From the NCBI GenBank assembly GCA_003344405.1, contig NOWV01000148.1, forward strand, positions 168,902 through 188,901: a DNA stretch of 20,000 nucleotides. Reading direction: 5' to 3'. The notes below the pieces were generated by a model. It had not been told where the DNA came from. It made no database searches and worked only from the letters and a program-made list of their open reading frames with translations. The position numbers were made by a program, and so were the translations under genes. The stretch comes from Trichoplax sp. H2. Lineage: Eukaryota. This document shows, in pieces, positions 1 to 9,342 of the stretch (positions are counted from its first letter, which is position 1; every line of letters starts with the position of its first letter).

Positions 1-862
1 CGACCGATACTGGAGGATCAACTTCAAACATGGACGACATACTTAGCTTCAACCGGTTGATTCAGCGCGTGCTTCTAGCCAGTCAGTCTACAGCACGTCA
101 GTCTACAGTACGGTACGTCCGTCGACGGTCAGATGCAGCGAGTGTCGTGAGATGCGGTTATAGTATGCGATGGTTATTGAGCATGAGCAGTACCAGATGC
201 TTTCTGTCTCTAATCTCTCCAAGAGCATGCGTAATTATGTACTGGACTGATCTGGACCGTAACTGGACTGTTACTCAGTGACGCGACAGAATGAGAGTGC
301 GTAGTTGCTCGTAAACGGCTAGACAGGAAGGTGCTTGCGTCATAGTGTGAAGAAAAAAACTTGAAAATGTTTTTTTCATTTTTTTTCCTCTATGGCTTGC
401 GTACATATTGTGTTATTCCGTAATATTGTACATAGTACATTGTTAACACAAGGACCAAGATTTCTAGTACTGTAGTCCTTTATGTTATTTTGTGCTGGTT
501 GCAGCTGATGTTATTGGTTAAAACATGGACTACGACTAGGAAAAATACCTCGATAAGAAGTCGTTATGAAATTTATCTGGACGGACGGGTGTTCTGCCTA
601 CTTTGATAGTCTTTACCGCCTATTTCCTGATAATGGATCATAAGAATCAATTCCAAAATTGCAAATATAATTTCCAGGAAAGACTATCACTTTGTTGTAA
701 ACATCATTGAATTATTATAATTAAATTCTGTGATATCCAATTGATAAAGGTAAGAGAAAATATTAAATGCAGTACTTTTATAACGTCAGGCAATTGTTCA
801 TCAATTGATTTTGATAATTATTTTACCTGATGCATACTAATAATTGTAATTACACATTCTAG

Positions 863-2165
863 ATTAGCCATTGCTGTAAAAGTGCAGTTCGAGGTAGAAA
901 ATACGTAGTGCTCTATCATATTTTATGCCAATATTTTATATTATGCGTATATACGAATATTGACATAAAAATATACAAGTTAATGTCCTACTTCACTGTA
1001 ATTTTTTCTCTTACAGTATGCTAAGGAGCTAAAGCACCTAAGTAAAATATACTATTGATATAGATTTTATCACGTAATACGTCATTAAGTTTTGTAATGT
1101 TACCATAATGTATATCTTAATCATGTATCATAATAGGATTGTACGCCTGCGAGATTCGTAACGGTATTAAAGGTAAAGTCCGTAAGCTATCCGTGAAGAT
1201 AATTATGAATAGCGTATGTTGGTTTTAAAGCTGATTGGCTGTTTGGCATATTTATCTAGGTAGTAACTTCTAATTCATATTAGGCTTGCTATACGGTTTT
1301 ATTAAAATGCGTATCATAAAGCTGGTATGTTTAGCATAAATCTGAAGAAAGATTAATAGAACTAGAAAATAAATATTTATGACTTATAATAGCTAGAGTT
1401 GCATGTTGCTTTTGTGGAAAAGAAGTATCATACAAATTGTAAAAATGTGATAAAGTTCAGGCTAATAAAAATCTTTTTATAATTTAGTTCTTTAGTATGA
1501 ACGCGTATTATTATAATGTATAAGTAATTCCTGTATATAATTTTTAGGAGGATAGATATGTTTCAAAACTTATCTGTACTTTACGATGACGGTTTAGTTG
1601 GAAAAAAGGAGGGCATTGTCATTCACGTTTTTATTTCTAATTTATGAATATAATGTTTTGTCTTTCATTTTATAGCTAGCTTATTATTTTCGATTATTTT
1701 CGTTGCTTACTGTTTCCAGCAGCATTAGTGAATGTAAACAGTTTGCAACTGTCTTTAAATGATTTATTAACCTCTTAACGTTTATGTCATTTACATCGTT
1801 GTAAGTAGTCAATTTTATGGATTTTGCTAGGAACTATTATTAAACACTTGGTAGATACCATTTTTTGAAATTTGCAGTAAAGGATGTCATTGCAATTTTT
1901 ACAATTGTGTTAGCTTCTCTCAATCTAAAGATTTCTCATTGCATTTTCAATACGAAACCTTCATTTGGCTATGGATCGTAATTATTATCATAAAATTGAA
2001 ATGATAAAGAGCATTATTAAGAGCAGATAGCATGATATAATTATGTATAGTCCAATAAATGATCAACAATATTATTAGGTTTTGTTTTTACTTATCTACT
2101 TTGCTAGCAACCATAACACTGGTATTTTATTTTATATTTCCAAAAGTTCAATTTGCTAAATTTGA
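863..2165 (+). pseudogene. Decayed multi-exon membrane-protein gene remnant, possibly the GPS/TM1 region of an adhesion-type GPCR
   Basis: Run of AG...GT-bounded blocks with mostly chaining phases: 863-893 (LAIAVKVQFE), 1017-1041 (YAKELKHL), 1137-1213 (LYACEIRNGIKGKVRKLSVKIIMNS), 1284-1324 (phase break), 1393-1460 (GC donor), 1548-1626, 1676-1800 (in-frame TGA at 1760-1762), 1878-1977 (KGCHCNFYNC...ETFIWLWI) and 2079-2165 (FCFYLSTLLATITLVFYFIFPKVQ after a phase break). The family assignment is inference only. Confidence 0.35.
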
Positions 2166-4039
2166 GTTAGGTCATTTTTTACAATTGCTATACGTCGAAT
2201 TATGTAAGAAGGTATAATTTATTCTTATTGGTCTGCGGAATATTCTAGGAGTACTACAGTTAAGATGGCACAATAATTTTGTTGCTATAACACCTCGGCC
2301 AGATTTCTTCAGTGATTATTAGTAAAATAATACTCTAGATAGAAGTATTTAGCGTTGTCGAATAATATAAGTATTTGCATAGATATTTTACAGTCTTAGG
2401 TATCAAACATAATTATCAACTCTAGCGTAGCCTGGGGTGGTATCCAGCTTCAACTGATTTTCTAGTAAAGAGCTTACAATATGGAATGTAGTATTCTATT
2501 GCATGATTTTGTAAGAAATTGTGAGAGGTTAGAAATTAATTAAATCCAATTATCCGCTTTATCTTAGTCACTTTCGACTGCTCTTATTGGAAGGAAAAGT
2601 GATTATACGACGTGACAAGTCCAACTCTTAAAATATCCTATCATTACGACCTACTACGGTATCAAACTATTAAATAAAATTGAAACTTGTGAATATTATT
2701 TCGTTCTGATGCAGTACAAGTCGGTGATTCACAGTCGCAATTACCGCTAAATCCGTTTCACTATTAATTTACTAGCAATACTTTTGCTATAGGGATCTTT
2801 GCAAAATTCCTAATTTAGATAGAGCATTGATCGCTAGTTTCGAATAGGAATTGCCACGATAGTATCATTTCTAGATGTGACGCGCTAAATGATCTAATAT
2901 GCTGAGTAATGTCACTACTCAAATGATAATAAATGGTAGTCAATTATTTTAATGAACTATTGAATAGCACTTCTTTTCTGATATCGAATAAGGTACAATT
3001 GTGCTTTCGACAGATAATGGCATAAACTGCGATTTCTTGTAAAATTTTGCTTTACTACATTTACTTTGCTAGTCTTAATTAACATATACTAACAGCTTAT
3101 TCACTATAGCAATCTACAGTTACCTAAATGAAAGGCCTTCAACTACATAATATCATTAATATCACAATATCTACCAGCAGCGAGTTATTTCATTCAATTA
3201 TTGAATAGCTTACTTTTCCAATACTGTGTACTACATGATATCATTTATCTCATATTATTGTATCGTCTAGAAATAGGTATTTAGAGTCTTAAACTGATTT
3301 TGAGGTAGCATTATACATGGATTAGCCATCCAAATACTTTTCATAATAATCATATCACCGATGGCAGTATTTGTATTTCTTGCTTTCTAGTTTAGTTTAA
3401 TTGAAGGAATATATGCTGTTCATTTAACCTTCCCTTTATTCCAGATTAATTAACATGTGTAATGAAGATTGGTCAGTCATTTGCACTATATAGATAGATT
3501 ATTGACCTTATTATCTCTCGTATAGCTCTTTAAGTTTCTTAATCGTTGTTAGTACCAGCGCATCTTAAGAGTAAGATAAGCTAAGATTATAGTTCTGTAA
3601 TATACCTAAACGATTAAGCATAGGAACTTAAGATGATCACTTTATAGCGTTTGCCGATTTGCTATATTCTTTTTCAAATGACAATTGTGATAACTGTAAC
3701 CAAATTTTTGCAATTGCTATTGATTTATTCTATTTTCTTGAATTTTCAAATTAATTACATCAGGTATGAAACCCAATTTTTATGTTAAGTGCTATTACTA
3801 TTTCCATTAGTTTTAAAGTTTTAATCCAAGAATTGAATATCGGCGATAAAATCAACAAATATATTCATGGACTCATTCATACTGATTATGGTTAGTTAGA
3901 TACGAGTACTATCCATTAGCTTCAGAGCAACCCATAGAAAACTTCACTTCAAGTTACTAAACTCCAAATAGTATGCCACTTGTAAGCTATACAAGGTCAT
4001 ACGCTCTTTTAGATCAGAAAATATGCAAACCCAACATTA

Positions 4040-4045
4040 TTTATT
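4040..4045 (-). terminator. Candidate polyadenylation signal (AATAAA) of the GPCR gene
   Basis: TTTATT on + (AATAAA on -) about 157 nt downstream of the GPCR TAG stop. The motif is common in AT-rich DNA. Confidence 0.35.
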
Positions 4046-4201
4046 CATAGTCTGTGCGTTACTGGTAAACAGTACGTACCGACGAAGTAAACAAAGAAGA
4101 AATGTTTTGTACTGTAAGCAAATATTTACCTTTCCGTTACTGTTTGAATTCGTAATTTTAAATACATAATATTTTTGAATACCTTCGATTGAATTCATCA
4201 A

Positions 4202-5263
4202 CTATGTAGTATTTAATCTGCCTCTTGATGTAACAATATCGCTACTAGGTGCAACCCCACGTCTTTTAGATTCAAAATTAGCACTTAAAACCATGAATAG
4301 AACTGGATTAACAGCCGCGTTCAGATATAGTAACAGGACCAAAGTAGGAAATAAATCAGTTTCTTCTGGCTTATAGTTTGGTATAAATTGGCCAAGAATA
4401 GAAAATATCATGATAGGCAAATATGTAAATACATTGGTAAATACAACAGAAGCCAATATAAGACTAACACGTTTTTCAATGCGAGAAGATGAATTAGATT
4501 TGAATAATGATCTGGATTGCTTCAATTTCATGCATATTATAATATACAATATCATTGATGTAGTATGCATGCTAAAGCCCAAAAATAATTCAATATACAA
4601 AACTGCTAGTACCATAAAGCCCTTTGAGGAATCGGTATTACAGAATTGTCCAAGTATGTCAAAACGAGTTGAGTGATGTACAGTTGCACCATGCGCTGAA
4701 AGTAGGCCAATCGTGAAAGCAACAATAAAACCTAAAAGCCAAAATATAGTAGCGACGACACGAGCATCTTTGATTGTAATTTTGCGACGACTATGGGGAA
4801 ATACAACCAAGATATATCGATCAACTGCTACTATAAACGTCATTGAGATTGATATAACTAGGGACAGTTGGCTCAGAATTCTTTCCATCGTACATGTAGG
4901 GCTAATTATCCACTCATTTTCAATACTGGAATAATTAGGGTATGGTCCATACTTATTTCGATAGTGGTTTGTGTAAGAGCTATCGCTAATAGCCAAAATT
5001 ACTAAGTATAAACTGCTGACCAAGTCACCAAGGCTTAAATTAAACAGCAAAAAGATGGATGGATTTCGACTAATGAGAAGTCTATAGCGATTATTCACTA
5101 TTAAATATTTTGTAAAAATTGTCTTAGATTTATGGTAATTTAGTAGAAGTAATTCCGCAATAATGATAATATTGCAGGGCAAACTAACTAAACCTAACGA
5201 CCAACATAGTCCACGAACAATATTATAGTGAAGAAATACTGAATAAGAACTGTAATTCAACAT
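4202..5263 (-). CDS. Intronless class A (rhodopsin-like) GPCR, 353 aa, with an LGR/RXFP/GRL101-like 7TM domain
   Basis: Uninterrupted ORF from ATG (5263) to TAG (4202) with seven hydrophobic segments. Motifs: TM1 N (PCNIII), TM2 NLSLGDL..LYL.ILA..D, ECL1 W..S..C, TM3 AVDRY..VVFP, TM4 W, ECL2 C, TM6 TNVFTYLP, TM7 NAAVNPVLF. The TM2/ECL1/TM6 pattern is typical of glycoprotein-hormone/relaxin-receptor-like 7TM domains. Confidence 0.92.
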   Translation of the reverse strand: MLNYSSYSVFLHYNIVRGLCWSLGLVSLPCNIIIIAELLLLNYHKSKTIFTKYLIVNNRYRLLISRNPSIFLLFNLSLGDLVSSLYLVILAISDSSYTNHYRNKYGPYPNYSSIENEWIISPTCTMERILSQLSLVISISMTFIVAVDRYILVVFPHSRRKITIKDARVVATIFWLLGFIVAFTIGLLSAHGATVHHSTRFDILGQFCNTDSSKGFMVLAVLYIELFLGFSMHTTSMILYIIICMKLKQSRSLFKSNSSSRIEKRVSLILASVVFTNVFTYLPIMIFSILGQFIPNYKPEETDLFPTLVLLLYLNAAVNPVLFMVLSANFESKRRGVAPSSDIVTSRGRLNTT

Positions 5264-5414
5264 TTTATCGTTATCGTTATTAAACTACTTATCGTTATGT
5301 TGATATTGCAGAAGATAGACAATGGTAAAACGATCAAACCAAAGTATTGCGTATCGAAAATGTCGTAAGTTAAGTTCTTTTCGGTAAATATAAAACAGTC
5401 CAGGATCAGAACAC

Positions 5415-5832
5415 TGTAAGACAGTGTAATATTGTATTCTAAGTTGATGATATATTTAGTAATGTCTACCGTAGGTGTTGTGTTCAACATGTGATAGATA
5501 TACTCGTTAGAAGCTTAAGTATTAAATATAGCTAGCTTAGTAGCTGTAATCCTTTTGAAGAGGAGCGCTACAGTGCTCACACTAGAGCTTCACATGAAAG
5601 GTGTAAACTAGCCTGTATTTGAGATGCTAATACTGAAGTGTGTAGTAAGTAAGGTGCTAAGACTGTAAACGCGGAAAGGTATATAAGCGAGTAGTTTAGT
5701 ATAGTAAGCTAGTTCTTTCTCGTTAGAGGTCCTCAGCTAATTGATTACGTTGTATCTTCATAAAGGAGGTTTTGTTCAATAAATCTTAATTTACTAAAGT
5801 TTTTTGAAGATTCTTGATCTATCAACCTCACA
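5415..5832 (+). mobile_element. Solo LTR of an LTR retrotransposon (418 bp, 5-bp target-site duplication)
   Basis: Starts TGTAAG and ends CTCACA (TG...CA, imperfect terminal inverted repeat). Flanked by AACAC at 5410-5414 and 5833-5837. The empty site with a single AACAC is at 6932-6936 in the other copy. Internal TATATAA at 5680-5686 and AATAAA at 5778-5783. No PBS, PPT or coding sequence is adjacent. Confidence 0.9.
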
Positions 5833-5905
5833 AACACCCAGCGCAAAATTCAGATAGATTGTCAAGTATCATATAATAAAATCTGACGGTAATCTTAATC
5901 ACTAT

Positions 5906-5923
5906 TAGTAGTAGTAGTAGTAG
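5906..5923. repeat. (TAG)6 microsatellite (also at 7005-7022 in copy B)
   Basis: Direct reading: tagtagtagtagtagtag. Confidence 0.85.
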
Positions 5924-6433
5924 CAGGTCAGCTATTTTATTAATGAGAAAGAAAAAAGGTGATGCCAATTTCGGAACTGTGATACATAAACAAAATTGCA
6001 AATAGATGCTTACTTCAAAGCTGTTACTCTTCAGATTTTTATGCTATAAATCGGACTGTATAAAATTTCAATCCAGGATTAATGCTTTTGATTCAATCAA
6101 GTCGACGTGTATTAAATCGACATACTGTAATAAGAAAAAGGTTGATAGATAAGATCTATAAATTAACAACAAATATCTGAATTGTCACTTTTTACTATAG
6201 CAACCTATAACTCACAATTTTGAATCTTTTTTCCAAACTGAATAGGCTATTCCAATAATTAATGAATACTTAATCAATTCATAAATTTATAAAAGGATGC
6301 TATTAATAATTAAAGAATAAAGACGTAAATTCTATTATTAATTAAATACTACCTAAGCTATTACTCTGAATTATCATCTTACATAATGACCTTTCCTAAG
6401 ATTGAATGTATTAACGGTAAATGCATAGAAATA

Positions 6434-6453
6434 NNNNNNNNNNNNNNNNNNNN
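6434..6453. other. Assembly gap (20 N)
   Basis: Run of N exactly at the junction of the two duplicated copies. Confidence 1.
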
Positions 6454-6785
6454 TAATTAGGGTATGGTCCATACTTATTTCGATAGTGGTTTGTGTAAGA
6501 GCTATCGCTAATAGCCAAAATTACTAAGTATAAACTGCTGACCAAGTCACCAAGGCTTAAATTAAACAGCAAAAAGATGGATGGATTTCGACTAATGAGA
6601 AATCTATAGCGATTATTCACTATTAAATTTTTTGTAAAAATTGTCTTAGATTTATGGTAATTTAGTAGAAGTAATTCCGCAATAATGATAATATTGCAGG
6701 GCAAACTAACTAAACCTAACGACCAACATAGTCCACGAACAATATTATAGTGAAGAAATACTGAATAAGAACTGTAATTCAACAT
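6454..6785 (-). CDS. Partial second copy (N-terminal ~110 codons) of the GPCR, cut by the gap; probably the other allele
   Basis: Identical to the N-terminus of 4202-5263 except TKY>TKN and YRL>YRF. Runs into the N gap. Confidence 0.7.
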
Positions 6786-7532
6786 TTTATCGTTATCGTT
6801 ATTAAACTACTTATCGTTATGTTGATATTGCAGAAGATAGACAATGGTAAAACGATCAAACCAAAGTATTGCGTATCGAAAATGTCGTAAGTTAAGTTTT
6901 TTTCGGTAAATATAAAACAGTCCAGGATCAGAACACCCAGCGCAAAATTCAGATAGATTGTCAAGTATCATATAATAAAATCTAACGATAATCTTAATCA
7001 CTATTAGTAGTAGTAGTAGTAGCAGGTCAGCTATTTTATTAATGAGAAAGAAAAAAGGTGATGCCAATTTCGGAACTGTGATACATAAACAAAATTGCAA
7101 ATAGATGCTTACTTCAAAGCTGTTACTCTTCAGATTTTTATGCTATAAATCGGACTGTATAAAATTTCAATCCAGGATTAATGCTTTTGATTCAATCAAG
7201 TCGACGTGTATTAAATCGACATACTGTAATAAGAAAAAGGTTGATAGATAAGATCTATAAATTAACAACAAATATCTGAATTGTCACTTTTTACTATAGC
7301 AACCTATAACTCACAATTTTGAATCTTTTTTCCAAACTGAATAGGCTATTCCAATAATTAATGAATACTTAATCAATTCATAAATTTATAAAAGGATGCT
7401 ATTAATAATTAAAGAATAAAGACGTAAATTCTATTATTAATTAAATACTACCTAAGCTATTACTCTGAATTATCATCTTACATAATGACCTTTCCTAAGA
7501 TTGAATGTATTAACGGTAAATGCATAGAAATA
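6454..7532. repeat. Copy B of the duplication (no LTR; contains the empty insertion site)
   Basis: Begins immediately after the gap and matches 4932-5414 joined to 5838-6433. Confidence 0.95.
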
Positions 7533-8032
7533 TTACTTGGTTAAGTATTGACCATAATTTACCAATTATACTGTGATACTGATAGAAACGCAATAATAGC
7601 GCACAATATAATACGAGTACAGTCATCTTTATTAAATACTTCTGTCACTACTTGACATAAAATATAATATTTCTATCTTTAAAGGCGCTCATCGGTTAAG
7701 AATATCGAAAACTGCCACAATAGTCTATTATGCACTTATCCTATAAAAAGTATTACATGTTTTTATAATAACAGTGATAATTATCAGTGTTGAACAAATT
7801 ATTTATTCTATTTCTGGTTGATCTCATTGCCAACAGAAAGATAAGCAATTGAATTTTTATAAAAATAGAAAAATTAATTCCATAGCATACCATAAATTTT
7901 AATGCTTAGCCATTTAAATTATACATTAAAATTATCAATTTTAGACGAAGGTTAATCCAAGACTATCTATTCATAAATAATTCATAGCATGGTCAAATAA
8001 AATAATCTAACTTATGTTAAATTTTATATAAC

Positions 8033-8338
8033 TGTAGCAAAACCCCGTTCTACTAACTGTAATTAAAGTGTAGCTCACAAAAGTAATTTTAGAATAGCGG
8101 ATTTTATTACTGGTTCTCTATCTATTGAGATACTACGCATATTATAGTACAACAAGCTCTGACAGACAAGGAAAACTTCCTTTAACAGCAGATCTTAGAA
8201 AAGAAGGACTAAGATCGACAATGATAGAAAAGCGTAGCTGCTTAAATATATTATCTAACTTGCTTGCAATATGATAATTGCGAAAAACATAATTCAGCAG
8301 TGATAACGTGTCTTCTCAAAAATACAACACGAACTACA
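8033..8338 (-). mobile_element. Candidate solo LTR (306 bp) with non-matching flanks
   Basis: Perfect TGTAG...CTACA termini. On the - strand, TATTTAAG (8248-8241), TTAGT (8212-8208) and AATAAA (8108-8103) occur in LTR order. The flanks ATAAC and GTTTC do not form a TSD, which lowers confidence. Confidence 0.45.
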
Positions 8339-8393
8339 GTTTCTTGTAAACTTCACTTTATTAAATAAGATTAGAATCGTCTCATGACTACTA

Positions 8394-8433
8394 AGGACTA
8401 TCTAGCTTCAATAGGACTATCTCAGGACTATCT
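8394..8433. repeat. Three copies of the 10-mer AGGACTATCT
   Basis: Copies at 8394-8403, 8413-8422 and 8424-8433. Confidence 0.85.
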
Positions 8434-9342
8434 TTTACAGCGATAGCTCGCGGTTTATATATCCTTTGTTACAGAATAAATTATACATATTGCAATCATA
8501 TCTTGCCAATTAAGTCGCAAAATAAGAGTTTATCATCGCGCGAGCTATTTCATTATTTACGTGCCTAACTAAAGCACCATATTCATAAAAACTATACTAA
8601 TCTTGTAGAACAGTCTTATCCCTGTGTGACCGTAAGTAGTATAGAACTACCATACAGTAGAACTCCAGGTGTAAAGGAGCAAAGCATAAGTAATCTATTA
8701 GTTTAGTGTAGTAGTTCGCAACATAAGTTTGTGATATTTACTCATAATATTTCCGAGCTTGACTTATACCCAGTAAACTTTCTGTAAACTCTGTATGTGT
8801 AATGCTATACGCTTTGTATGTACTTAACAATACGTAAGCCTTCGATCACGCAAAAAGTAATAGAATTCGTATCGCACAACTAATGTGCACGTTTTAGTCT
8901 TACTATAACGTAATCTCTAAGGGAATAAAGTCCATGGAAACAAGTTGCCTTACTTTTCTGAGTACAATAAATAGTGACTCAATGCGTCTAGGTAGTTGCA
9001 ACTGAATGAATGTCTTTTGTCCGTTGGATTAGTAATTATCGTCAACCTATTGATTCTATCAGTAATTAAGTAGAATGATTGCCGTAAGATTTTTTATTTC
9101 TAGATTTAACGTGCGTGAGTAGAATCTTTAACGAGATAGTATTTGATATTTAGATGTGTCCCTTTCAGTTGGTCTCTTCATTTCATAGGACACATATATT
9201 GGTTTACTTTTGACTTTTAGTTTAAAACTTAAAACTCATTCGCAGCGCTAATTTTAAAGGTTAAGTTACCATTCAGTAATACTAAACAAGCTCCAAAAAA
9301 TCTGCACTTTCTAAATTCAGCTGTAAAATTCATTCACTAATC

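Larger units (their letters stand above)
4932..6433. repeat. Copy A of a near-identical duplication flanking an assembly gap (carries the solo LTR)
   Basis: Aligns to 6454-7532 with offset 1522 left of the insertion and 1099 right of it. I found five substitutions (5080/6602, 5107/6629, 5377/6899, 5885/6984, 5889/6988) plus one 423-bp indel. Confidence 0.95.

Noticed and set aside
30-281. 83-aa ORF
   Set aside because: No recognisable domain. It lies in the GC-richer repeat-like segment where stop codons are rarer by chance.
4410-4934. Two + strand ORFs (88 aa and 73 aa)
   Set aside because: Antisense shadows of the GPCR coding sequence.
5257-5490. 77-aa ORF as an LTR-derived new gene
   Set aside because: Chance frame crossing the LTR/host junction, out of frame with the GPCR, with no homology signal. 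At most an upstream ORF.
5761-5770. TAAAGGAGGT, a Shine-Dalgarno-like sequence
   Set aside because: Eukaryotic context inside an LTR with no ORF following; coincidental.
6779-7100. 61-aa and 97-aa ORFs upstream of the GPCR as an ectodomain exon
   Set aside because: The 97-aa ORF is in frame with the GPCR but ends at a TAG 8 codons before the ATG, has no LRR/LDLa motifs, and its poly-Leu run comes from the TAG microsatellite. The 61-aa ORF is out of frame.
8394-8433. Repeated 10-mer as a CRISPR-like array
   Set aside because: Repeats are too short, the spacers are 9 and 1 nt, there are no cas genes, and the context is eukaryotic.
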